Assembly (NCBI GenBank): GCA_963808895.1
Contig: CAWEHL010000001.1
Span: 515,560 to 579,559 of the forward strand
Direction of reading: 5' to 3'
Origin: an uncultured Chloroflexia bacterium
GTDB lineage: Bacteria; Chloroflexota; Limnocylindria; Limnocylindrales; CSP1-4
Length of the DNA stretch: 64,000 nt
Positions 26,979 to 35,636 of this stretch are shown in pieces (the stretch's first letter is position 1; the number at the start of each line of letters is the position of its first letter). The position numbers were made by a program, and so were the translations under genes. The notes beneath the pieces were generated by a model. That model did not search any database, was not told the DNA's origin, and saw only the letters and a list, made by a program, of their open reading frames with translations.

Positions 26979-27629
26979 TTAGTCGAGTTTGCGGATGACG
27001 CCGATCAACTTTCCCTGGATCCGAACGTCGTCGTAGAACTGAGGCGGGTACTCAGGGTTCGCCGGCTGGAGGCGGATCTTGTCCTTCTCCTTGAAGAACC
27101 GCTTCAGGGTGACCGCGTTCTCCTCCACCTGGGCGACCACGATGTCCCCGTTCCGGGCGGTCGACTGCGGGCGGATCAGTACGAAGTCGCCGTCGGCGAT
27201 GTGGGCTTCGATCATCGAATCGCCGCGGACGCGAAGGACGTATGCATCGCCGCTCGGCGCCAGCATGTCAGGGACCGCGAGGGTCTCTGATGCGTCCTGG
27301 TAGGCCTCGATCGGTCCGCCCGCCGCGATCTCCCCGATGATCGGCACGACGCGCGAATCGGCGGTCGTCGCTTGCGGGACCAGCTCGCTCGAGAGTCCGA
27401 GACGGATCGCGGCTGTCGGGGTCAGCCTGATGGCGCGGCTCTGACCCTCGCCGCGCTCGAGATACCCCTCGCGGACCAGCATCTGGAGGTGATGGTGGAC
27501 GGCCGACGTCGAGGCGAGGCCCACCGCCTGCATGATCTCGCGCACCGACGGCGGATACCCGCGCGCCCGCAGCGTTGCGGCGATGAAGTCCAGGATCCTC
27601 AGTTTTCGTTCGGCGTCGTGCTTCGTCAC
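26979..27629 (-). CDS. lexA: LexA repressor
   Basis: wHTH VREIMQAVGLASTSAVHHHLQML, cleavage site AAG, catalytic VRGDSM and LKRF. GTG 27629 lies 5 nt after AAGGAGG. The track ATGs at 27650/27653 fall inside the -10 box. Confidence 0.92.
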   Translation of the reverse strand: MTKHDAERKLRILDFIAATLRARGYPPSVREIMQAVGLASTSAVHHHLQMLVREGYLERGEGQSRAIRLTPTAAIRLGLSSELVPQATTADSRVVPIIGEIAAGGPIEAYQDASETLAVPDMLAPSGDAYVLRVRGDSMIEAHIADGDFVLIRPQSTARNGDIVVAQVEENAVTLKRFFKEKDKIRLQPANPEYPPQFYDDVRIQGKLIGVIRKLD

Positions 27630-27648
27630 TCGCGCCTCCTTGACAGGC

Positions 27649-27676
27649 ATCATACCGAACGAACGTTCGATGTCAA
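27649..27676 (-). promoter_or_regulatory. lexA promoter TTGACA-N16-TATGAT with an SOS box (27655..27670) filling the spacer
   Basis: Minus strand reads TTGACA TCGAACGTTCGTTCGG TATGAT. TCGAAC-N4-GTTCGR is the actinobacterial LexA site. Confidence 0.8.
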
Positions 27677-27746
27677 GGATCCTCGTCGGAGCGCACGAAG
27701 CATCGCTGGTAGACTCCCGGTCCTTACGGACAAGGAGGTCGACAGC

Positions 27747-28244
27747 GTGGCGAGCAGGCGGGGCATCGGGCGAGCGAGCATCAGTCGGGTCGTGTCGCTG
27801 CTCGCGTTCCTGCCGGTCGCCAGTCGCGTCCCCGACTACGCCCGCCTCATCGGCGCCCTGGTGATCGATGACCGGATGCCGGCCGATCGCAAGCTCATGC
27901 TCGGTGCCGCTGCCGGGTACCTCGTCCTCGGCCGCGACCTGATCCCCGACACGATCCCGATCATCGGCGGGCTCGACGACCTCGTCGTGGTCGTGCTGGC
28001 CGTCGACGTCTTCCTCGATGGTGTCCCGCCCGAGCTCCTCCAGGAGAAGCTCGACGACCTCGCGATCGACCGCGTGGCCTTCGATCGCGACGTCGCCCAG
28101 ATCCGGCGCTTGACGCCCGGCCCTGTCCGTCGGACCATCCGCCGCGTCCCCGGCCTCATCTCGGCCGCCGGGCGCGCTATCGAACGATCCGGCGTCGTGC
28201 CTCGCACGCGCGCGTGGATCAACAAGGAGGAGCCCACTACTTGA
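27747..28244 (+). CDS. DUF1232 (YkvA-like) membrane protein
   Basis: GTG 8 nt after AAGGAGG. LIPDTIPIIGGLDDLVVVVLAVD motif. TAGACT -10-like hexamer at 27710..27715. Confidence 0.75.
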   Translation: MASRRGIGRASISRVVSLLAFLPVASRVPDYARLIGALVIDDRMPADRKLMLGAAAGYLVLGRDLIPDTIPIIGGLDDLVVVVLAVDVFLDGVPPELLQEKLDDLAIDRVAFDRDVAQIRRLTPGPVRRTIRRVPGLISAAGRAIERSGVVPRTRAWINKEEPTT

Positions 28245-28687
28245 AGGTCATCCTGACCAAGGACGTCGCCACGCTCGGTAAGAGCGGCGAGCTCAAGCAG
28301 GTCGCCGACGGCTACGCGACGAACTACCTCATCCCGCAATCGCTGGCCGTCCCGGCGGCGGGTGGCGCCTACCGCGCGTGGCAGCACGACATCGCCAGCC
28401 GCGAGGACAAGCGCAAGAAGGAGCGCGAAGAGGCCGAGATCGCGGCGACGCGTATCGGCTCGACGACCCTGACCATGGGCGTGAAGGTCGGCGAGGGCGG
28501 CAAGCTCTACGGCTCGATCACGTCGAAGGACATCGCCGACGCTCTGGCGCGGCGCGGCATCGACGTCGACCGCCACAAGATCGATCTCGAGGAGCCGCTC
28601 AAGTCGCTCGGCACGTACAAGGTCGCCGTCAAGGTGTACGCCGGGATGACGCCCGAGGTCACGATCGTCGTCGAGCCCAAGGGCTGA
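28241..28687 (+). CDS. rplI: 50S ribosomal protein L9
   Basis: TTG start 9 nt after AAGGAGGA. KVILTKDVATLGKSGELKQVADGYATNYLIPQSLAV. Confidence 0.9.
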   Translation: MKVILTKDVATLGKSGELKQVADGYATNYLIPQSLAVPAAGGAYRAWQHDIASREDKRKKEREEAEIAATRIGSTTLTMGVKVGEGGKLYGSITSKDIADALARRGIDVDRHKIDLEEPLKSLGTYKVAVKVYAGMTPEVTIVVEPKG

Positions 28688-28788
28688 GGAAGGCGTACCT
28701 CCAAGTCGCCTATCGGCGACCCACCGCGGTATACCATCCCCGCCATGCCGCAGCCGGCGTTCCGTGACGCACCGCCGGCCGTGACGCC

Positions 28789-30054
28789 GTGACATCGCCG
28801 GCTGTCGCCAGGCCATCGGCGGATACCACCGAAGCGTGGTGGCGCTCCATCCGGGACATCCGCCGCGACGACCGCGCGTTCGTCTTCATCCTCACGGTCC
28901 TGGCTGGCGTCATCTACTGGGCCACCAACCCCGCCCGCGTCGAGCTCGACGGCTTCGTGCCGCTCGCCGACGCGATGCTCCACGGGCGGCTCTACATCGG
29001 GCCGGAGTTCGGCTATCTGGAGCATGCGCCCGGCCCGAACGGTGGCGGCTACATGCCGTACCCGCCGGCTCCGGTGCTGTTCGTGCTCCCCGTCGTGGCC
29101 TTGTTCGGGCCGACCGTGGACCAGAGCGTCGCAGCGGCGATCATCGGGGCGGCGAACATCCTCCTGCTCTGGCTGGTGTTCGTAAAGCTCGATGTGGCGC
29201 CGGTGTCGCGTTGCTGGCTGCTCGCTGCGTTTGCGTTCGGCAGCGTCCACTGGTGGGCGGCTGGGGAGGGGACGGTCTGGCTGTTCGCCCATCTCTCCGC
29301 CGTGTTCTTCGCGTTGGCGGCGCTGTTGCTCGCGCTGCACGGGACGCGGCCGTTCCTTGCGGGGATCCTGCTCGGGCTCGGGGCCGCCTCGCGTGTCCCG
29401 GTCGGACTCACGATGCCGCTTTACCTCGCTCTCTACGCCCGCTGGCCGGTCCACTGGCCACCCAAGCTTTCATCGCGGTCGTTCCTGACGTTGATCCCAT
29501 TCTTCGCCGGCTTCGCGATACCCGTCCTCATCACGATGGGCTACAACGTCGCGCGGTTCGGCAATCCGGCGGAGTTCGGCTACAACCTCGTGCTCAACTC
29601 CGAAGGTCAGAGCGTCCTGACCGAGTCCTGGTACACGGACGGGATCAACTCGTTGTCGTACATCCCGCGGAACCTGAACGTGATGTTCCTCAAGACCTTC
29701 GACTTCGTCGAGGAATTCCCGTGGTTCCGACCGAACTGGATCGGCACGTCCTTGATCCTCACGACACCGATCTTCCTGTGGCTGATCAGGGCGCACGGGC
29801 GGAATCGCCTGCTCATCTATGGCTGGATCTCGGTCGTGACCGGGCTGGCGCTCGTCGTCACGCATGGCGGCATCGGCTGGACGCAGTTCGGCTATCGCCG
29901 CATCCTCGACGTCGCGCCGATCCTCTGGCCGATGCTCGGGTGGGTGTTCCGGCGCGGCATCTCGATCGAGGCCAAGGTGGCGATCGTCATCGGCATCCTG
30001 GTCAATGCGTATGGCATCTGGGCGATCGAGGTCCTCCACTTCGTGTCGTTCTAG
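28789..30054 (+). CDS. Polytopic membrane protein, GT-C/ArnT-PMT-like glycosyltransferase candidate
   Basis: 421 aa with about 11 TM spans. Periplasmic-loop-like ADAMLHGRLYIGPEFGYLEHAP, PYPPAPVLFVLP. Confidence 0.6.
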   Translation: MTSPAVARPSADTTEAWWRSIRDIRRDDRAFVFILTVLAGVIYWATNPARVELDGFVPLADAMLHGRLYIGPEFGYLEHAPGPNGGGYMPYPPAPVLFVLPVVALFGPTVDQSVAAAIIGAANILLLWLVFVKLDVAPVSRCWLLAAFAFGSVHWWAAGEGTVWLFAHLSAVFFALAALLLALHGTRPFLAGILLGLGAASRVPVGLTMPLYLALYARWPVHWPPKLSSRSFLTLIPFFAGFAIPVLITMGYNVARFGNPAEFGYNLVLNSEGQSVLTESWYTDGINSLSYIPRNLNVMFLKTFDFVEEFPWFRPNWIGTSLILTTPIFLWLIRAHGRNRLLIYGWISVVTGLALVVTHGGIGWTQFGYRRILDVAPILWPMLGWVFRRGISIEAKVAIVIGILVNAYGIWAIEVLHFVSF

Positions 30055-30085
30055 CTGGCGCGCCGTCGATCGACGATGATGGGCG

Positions 30086-31392
30086 ATGCGGACGATCCTC
30101 CACGTCGATCTGGACGCCTTCTTTGCCGCCGTCGAGCAACGCGACCGCCCCGAGCTGCGGGGCAAGCCGGTCATCGTCGGTGGCGTCCCGCCCGGCCGTG
30201 GTGTCGTCTCGGCGGCGTCCTATGAGGCACGTGCGTTCGGCGTCCATTCGGCGATGTCGGTGACCGAGGCCTATCGGCGTTGCCCGCACGGCGTCTTCCT
30301 GCCGGTCGACGGGCGTCGGTATCAGCAGGCGTCGCGCGACGTCATGGCCATCCTTCGGCGCTTCACGCCACAGGTCGAACCGATCTCGATCGACGAAGCG
30401 TTCCTCGACGTGACGGGTTCGCGGCCCCTGTTCGGCGAAGGACCCGAGATCGCGGCGTCGATCAAGAGTGGCGGTCCGCGCCGAGGTCGGCTTGACGGCG
30501 TCGGTGGGGGTCGCGACCACGAAGCTCGTAGCGAAGATCGCCTCCGACCTGCGCAAGCCCGACGGGCTCGTCGTCGTCGCGCCGGGGGACGAGGCGGCGT
30601 TCCTCGCGCCCTTGCCGATCGGGCGCCTGTGGGGCGTCGGCGAGAAGACGGCGACCGTCCTTGCCGAGTACGGCGTCAAGACCATCGGCGATCTCGCGGA
30701 CCTCTCGCCAGATCTCCTCGTCCGAAGGTTCGGCAAGCACGGCGCGTCGCTCGTCTCGCGTGCCGTCGGGCTGGACGACGACCCCGTCCACGAGGGTGAT
30801 CCAGCGAAGTCCGTCGGCCACGAGACGACGTTCGACGTCGATACGTCCGACCCCGACGTCATCGAACGGACCTTGCTTGCGCTCAGCGATGGCGTCGCCG
30901 GGCGCCTGCGGTCCGCGGGCGTGCGCGCATCCACGATCGCTGTCAAGGTCCGCGATTCCTCGTTCAGGACGGTGACCCGCCAGCGCACCCTTCCCGAGCC
31001 GACCGATCTGACCGAGCCGATCTACCGGGCTGCCTTGGAGCTGGCGCGTCCCCAGGTGCGCGGGATCCGGGTCCGGCTGCTCGGGGTGACCGCCTCGAAT
31101 CTCGGCGAGCGCGAGCAGATGACGATGTTCGCGGAGACCGAGCCACGCACGCCGGAAGGCGATCGAGGCCGCTGATGCGGTCCGTCGGCGCTACGGCTCC
31201 AAGGCCGTGACACGCGGCCGATTGGTCGGAGCGGGCCTTCCCGCGCCGTTCGAGCGTGATCCACGGAACCCGCTCGACCGGCGGGCTCGAGGCGTGCCGA
31301 CCGACGACGTCGATGCGGATCCGGACGCTCCGGACGGGCGTGACACCCTAGCTGACACAGCGCTCGACGACATTCCGCCCGACGACGCTTGA
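30086..31392 (+). pseudogene. dinB: DNA polymerase IV (DinB), two +1 frame disruptions as assembled (~30468 and ~31145)
   Basis: [15 protein letters not shown] and SIDEAFLDV (catalytic), then [19 protein letters not shown] in the next frame and AIEAADAVRRRYG in the third. The span is 1307 nt (2 mod 3). The 3' end is uncertain. Confidence 0.8.
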
Positions 31393-31441
31393 CATCGAAC
31401 GTCTGTTCGGTCTAGTGTCGCCACATCGAACAGATGTTCTG
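31389..31441 (+). promoter_or_regulatory. Promoter TTGACA..TAGTGT with two SOS boxes (31395..31410 TCGAACGTCTGTTCGG; 31426..31441 TCGAACAGATGTTCTG)
   Basis: The first 22 nt (TTGACATCGAACGTCTGTTCGG) differ at only 2 positions from the lexA promoter/operator. The second box lies just downstream of the -10. Confidence 0.75.
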
Positions 31442-31493
31442 TCGGCCGAGTGCTCCGGACGATGGGTCGAAGACGACGCCGAAGGAGGCCGAT

Positions 31494-31763
31494 ATGGCAT
31501 TCACCCGTGTCGAGCCGGTCGCGGTCCACGTCCGGACTGACTGGTTCAGCGGTCGTCCCCGGGAGATCACCTGGGGCGCCGAACGACTACCGATCACCCA
31601 CCTTGCCGCCATCCGTGAGGAAGCCGCGGCGTATCCGGTGATCACCGGGCCGCGGACCCTGTTCGAGGTGGAGACGCCTCGCGCGAGGGTGGCCCTTTCG
31701 TATCAGCACCGGTCCAAGCGCTGGACCGTCACGGCCCTCGACGAGGAACGTCGAGCGGCCTGA
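31494..31763 (+). CDS. 89-aa SOS-box-controlled protein of unknown function
   Basis: ATG 5 nt after GAAGGAGG. MAFTRVEPVAVHVRTDWFSGRPREITWGAERLPITHLAAIREE... I recognise no motif. Confidence 0.7.
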   Translation: MAFTRVEPVAVHVRTDWFSGRPREITWGAERLPITHLAAIREEAAAYPVITGPRTLFEVETPRARVALSYQHRSKRWTVTALDEERRAA

Positions 31764-32007
31764 CCACACAAGGCGAGCGGGACCTCCCTCCCGGCCCCCC
31801 GCTCGCGACTCGTCGAGGATCTGGGGCGGAGCCGCCGGTACCGGCTCCGCCCACTCGACGCGCCTCGCATCCATCGTCGCTGGCGGCGTCGTCGGCTCCG
31901 CGGGCTCCCTCACGCACCTCCAGTGCGCTCGGTCGCCTGCTCGCCTCCGCCTTGCCAGCGACGCGTCTGCGAGACGCGAGTCGGTACCGAGTAGGAACCG
32001 CCCGCGG

Positions 32008-32719
32008 ATGTTGCGGGTTGCAACCTACAATCGCGCGGTGCATCCCGACAGCAATGGAGGTCGGTTCCGCGACCTCACGATCGACCAGTTCGCGGCTCGG
32101 CTCGCGTCATCCGATCCTGTCCCCGGTGGGGGGAGCGCCTCCGCAGTAGCCGCTGCGCTCGGAGCCAGCCTTGTGACGATGGTCGCGTCGCTGACCACGG
32201 GTCGTCCGAAGTACGTGGACCACGAGCCGATGCTGGCGTGGGCACTCGAGATCGGTCCCAGGCTGTCGGAGCGCTTCCTGGCCCTCGCCGACGAGGACGC
32301 AGAGGCCTACGCGGGATACGCGGCGGCGCTTGAAACTGTCGCGCGAAACCGAGTCGGAGATCGAGGCGCGCAGACAGGCGATGCGGGCCGCTGCCCGCGC
32401 CGCATCCGAGGCGCCCTTGCGTTGCCTCGAAGCGTGCGTCGACCTGGTCGCGGCTGCGGAAGCCCTTGCCGGCCGCAGCAACCCCAACGCGGCGAGTGAC
32501 GTCGATGTCGCCGCCCTGCTCGGGGAGGCGGCAGCTCGCGGAGCCGCGGCCAATGTGCTGATCAACCTCCCATCGACGGGCGACCCCGAATACGAGGAAG
32601 CGACGACGGTACGTGTCACCGAGCTGCTATCGGCGATCGAGGATCTCGCGTCGCGTGCACACCAGGCGGTCGCCTCAGGGGAGCCGCGCGACCCGGTCGA
32701 GCCGGTCGGACGGGCGTGA
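32008..32719 (+). pseudogene. Formiminotetrahydrofolate cyclodeaminase family protein, one +1 frame disruption near 32328
   Basis: PVPGGGSASAVAAALGASLVTMVASLT in frame 1, then SEAPLRCLEACVDLV...NPNAASDVDVAALL in the next frame. The span is 712 nt (1 mod 3). The start may be 32038. Confidence 0.75.
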
Positions 32720-33591
32720 TCGACGCGTCGACCGGCACGGCCCGACTCCTCGAGGGTGGGCCGATCGCGACCGAGATCCGGGCCGCTGTGGCGGAAGACG
32801 TCGAGTCGTTCACGAAGGCGCACGGCAGACCGCCGGGCCTGGCGGTCGTGATCATCGGCCGAGACGCGCCGTCGACCGTGTATCTCGAGCAGATCCTCCG
32901 AGGTTGCGCCAAGGTCGGCATCGAGGCGCGCTTCGCGGAGCTCGAGGGTGAAGCGACGGAAGCCGCGGTCGTCGATGCGATCACGAGCCTCAATGCGGAT
33001 CCCGCGGTCGACGGGGTGATCGTCCAGATGCCGCTGCCGCCGACGATCCGTCTTCGAAGCATCATCGACGCCATCGACCCGGCCAAGGACATCGATGGGA
33101 TCCATCCGCTCAACGCGGGGCTCCTGCGCCTCGGGTACGACGGCTTCCTCCCCGCGACCGCGCACGCCGCGGTCGAGATCCTGCGCCGTTCGGGGATCGA
33201 GATCGCCGGCAAGGACGCGCTCGTGATCGGGCGCTCGGCGGTCGTCGGGATGCCGGCGGCGTTCCTGCTCGTGAAAGAGGACGCCACGGTCACCGTCGCC
33301 CATTCACGCACCCAAGACCTGCCGGGCAAGATCGGTCGCGCCGACATCGTCGTCGTCGCAGCCGGCCGTCCCGGGTTGGTGACGGGCGACATGCTCAAGA
33401 AGGGGGCGGTGGTCGTCGACGTGGGGATCAACGTCGTCGATGGACACATCCGCGGGGACGTCGACTTCGAATCGGCGCGGCGTGTTGCCGCCGCGATCAC
33501 GCCCGTGCCCGGCGGCGTCGGCCCCTTGACCAACGCCCTGTTGCTCACCCACCTCGTCCGCGCCGCGGAGCGTCAAGCCGCCGCCCACTGA
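32716..33591 (+). CDS. folD: Bifunctional methylenetetrahydrofolate dehydrogenase/methenyl-THF cyclohydrolase
   Basis: [65 protein letters not shown] overlap with the upstream gene. Confidence 0.92.
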   Translation: MIDASTGTARLLEGGPIATEIRAAVAEDVESFTKAHGRPPGLAVVIIGRDAPSTVYLEQILRGCAKVGIEARFAELEGEATEAAVVDAITSLNADPAVDGVIVQMPLPPTIRLRSIIDAIDPAKDIDGIHPLNAGLLRLGYDGFLPATAHAAVEILRRSGIEIAGKDALVIGRSAVVGMPAAFLLVKEDATVTVAHSRTQDLPGKIGRADIVVVAAGRPGLVTGDMLKKGAVVVDVGINVVDGHIRGDVDFESARRVAAAITPVPGGVGPLTNALLLTHLVRAAERQAAAH

Positions 33592-33608
33592 TCGACCCTG
33601 GAGATCGA

Positions 33609-35315
33609 ATGAGCTTCCCATCGGACCTCGAGATCGCACGTTCTGTCACCCCGCGGCCGATCGTCGATATCGCGGCCGAACTCGGGATCCAGCCCGATGA
33701 GCTCGAGCTCTACGGTCCGACGAAGGCCAAGGTCCGGCTGGAAGCGATCACGCGCCTCGAAGCGGAGCGTCCGCGTGGGAAGTACGTCGTCGTCACGGCC
33801 ATAACACCGACACCGCTCGGCGAAGGCAAGTCGACGACCACCGTCGGTCTCGCCCAGGGCCTCAACCGGATCGGGCGCCGGGCCTCGGTCAACATCCGCC
33901 AACCGTCGCTCGGTCCGGTGTTCGGGATCAAAGGCGGCGCGGCTGGTGGTGGGTACAGCCAGGTCATCCCGATGGAGGATTTCAACCTTCACCTGACGGG
34001 CGATGTCCACGCCATCGGCGCTGCCCACAACCTCGCCGGGGCATTCATCGATAACAGCCTCCACCACAAGAATCCGCTCCGCATCGACCCGCACGGCATC
34101 CTCTGGCCGCGCGTGCTCGACATCAGCGACCGCGCGTTGCGTCACGTCGTGATCGGGCTCGGCGGTCGCGAGGACGGCGTCCCGCGGGAGACCGAGTTCG
34201 TCATCACCGTGGCGTCAGAGGTCATGGCGGTGCTCGCGCTCGCGACCGACCTCTTCGACCTGCGCGACCGGCTCGGGCGGATGGTCCTCGCGACCCGCGT
34301 CGATGGGTCGCCTGTCACCGCCGAGGATCTGGGCGTCGCGGGCGCCATGACCGTCTTGCTGCGTGACGCCATCAAGCCGAACCTGCTCCAGACGCTGGAG
34401 GGTGGCCCCGCGTTCGTCCACTGCGGCCCGTTCGGGAATATCGCCCACGGCAACAACTCGATCATCGCGGACCGGCTGGCGCTGGTCACGAACGAGATCG
34501 TCTGCACCGAGGCCGGCTTTGGCGCGGATATGGGTGCCGAGAAGTTCTTCGACATCAAGTGCCGGGCATCCGGCCTGGCCCCGGATGCAGCGGTCGTCGT
34601 CGCGACGGTCCGGGCACTCAAGATGCACGGCGGCGTCGGCAAGATCGTGGCGGGCAAGCCTCTCGATCCGGCACTCCTCGAGGAGAACGTCGAGGCCGTC
34701 CGGACCGGGTCGTCGAACCTTGCGGCGCACATCGGGACCGTCCGCAAGTTCGGCATCCCGGCGGTCGTCGCGATCAATGCATTCCCCACCGACACACCCG
34801 CGGAGGTCGAGGCGATCCGCGAGGTCGCGCTGGCCGCCGGAGCGCGAGACGCCGTCGTTGCGACGCATTTCACCGATGGAGGCGCCGGCGCGACCGATCT
34901 GGCGGAGGCCGTCTGGGCGGCAGCCGAGGACCCGTCGCGCTCGTTCCGCCTGCTCTACCCGGATGAGGCGCCGCTCGGCGAGAAGATCCTCACCATCGTC
35001 AAGGAGATCTACGGCGGCGACGGCATCGAGCTGACGCCCGCTGCGCAGAAGTCGCTGAAGCTCTACGAATTGATGGGATTCGGGAACCTGCCGATCTGCA
35101 TGGCGAAGACGCAGTACTCGATCTCCCACGATGCGGCGCTCAAGGGCGCACCGAAGGGATTCACCGTCCCGATCCGCGAGATCCGGCTGTCAGCCGGCGC
35201 CGGATTCGTGACGCCCCTGTGCGGCGAGATGCGCACCATGCCGGGACTGCCCTCGAAGCCGGGTGGCGAGAACATCGACATCGACGCCCAGGGGAACGTC
35301 GTCGGGCTCTTCTAG
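33609..35315 (+). CDS. fhs: Formate--tetrahydrofolate ligase
   Basis: [62 protein letters not shown]. Confidence 0.95.
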   Translation: MSFPSDLEIARSVTPRPIVDIAAELGIQPDELELYGPTKAKVRLEAITRLEAERPRGKYVVVTAITPTPLGEGKSTTTVGLAQGLNRIGRRASVNIRQPSLGPVFGIKGGAAGGGYSQVIPMEDFNLHLTGDVHAIGAAHNLAGAFIDNSLHHKNPLRIDPHGILWPRVLDISDRALRHVVIGLGGREDGVPRETEFVITVASEVMAVLALATDLFDLRDRLGRMVLATRVDGSPVTAEDLGVAGAMTVLLRDAIKPNLLQTLEGGPAFVHCGPFGNIAHGNNSIIADRLALVTNEIVCTEAGFGADMGAEKFFDIKCRASGLAPDAAVVVATVRALKMHGGVGKIVAGKPLDPALLEENVEAVRTGSSNLAAHIGTVRKFGIPAVVAINAFPTDTPAEVEAIREVALAAGARDAVVATHFTDGGAGATDLAEAVWAAAEDPSRSFRLLYPDEAPLGEKILTIVKEIYGGDGIELTPAAQKSLKLYELMGFGNLPICMAKTQYSISHDAALKGAPKGFTVPIREIRLSAGAGFVTPLCGEMRTMPGLPSKPGGENIDIDAQGNVVGLF

Positions 35316-35358
35316 CTCCTCGCGGTCACGTCCGAGCTGGCCGAGGTCGAGGCGAGGG

Positions 35359-35583
35359 CTAGAGCATCCCCGTCGACGAGGCGAACGCCCAGACGACCGC
35401 CAGACCGAGGACGACGCCGAGGACCCCGGCGCCCCACGCGATCACATCGATCAGCCCGAGGGGCATCGAGTCGTCGTGCGCGTGATCGTCGTGCCCGTGG
35501 TCCGCGCCGTGGTCGTCGAGCGCGTGGTGGGCGATCGCCCCTTCGTGCCCGGGTACGTCGGAGTCGTGCGGCGAGGTCGTCAT
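35359..35583 (-). CDS. 74-aa His/Asp-rich protein with a single C-terminal TM
   Basis: HEGAIAHHALDDHGADHGHDDHAHDD followed by IAWGAGVLGVVLGLAVVWAF. Confidence 0.5.
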   Translation of the reverse strand: MTTSPHDSDVPGHEGAIAHHALDDHGADHGHDDHAHDDSMPLGLIDVIAWGAGVLGVVLGLAVVWAFASSTGML

Positions 35584-35623
35584 CGCAAAGCATTGTGGCA
35601 GACCGCCGGCAGGCGCCGGCTCC

Positions 35624-35629
35624 TAGACT
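35624..35629 (+). promoter_or_regulatory. -10-like TAGACT, 7 nt upstream of the ATG at 35637 (leaderless-type)
   Basis: TAGACT cgacacg ATG. Confidence 0.4.
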
Positions 35630-35636
35630 CGACACG

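Noticed and set aside
27655-27747. SOS control of the DUF1232 gene through the shared lexA operator.
   Set aside because: The box sits inside the lexA promoter spacer and about 40 nt upstream of the DUF1232 -10-like hexamer. That position is not expected to repress the gene.
31870-32005. Outright call of a ZTP (pfl) riboswitch upstream of the folate operon.
   Set aside because: Only partial look-alikes of the conserved cores are visible, and the invariant CCGCCUGGGC-type 3' element is not present as such. It is left as a low-confidence prompt for a covariance-model search.
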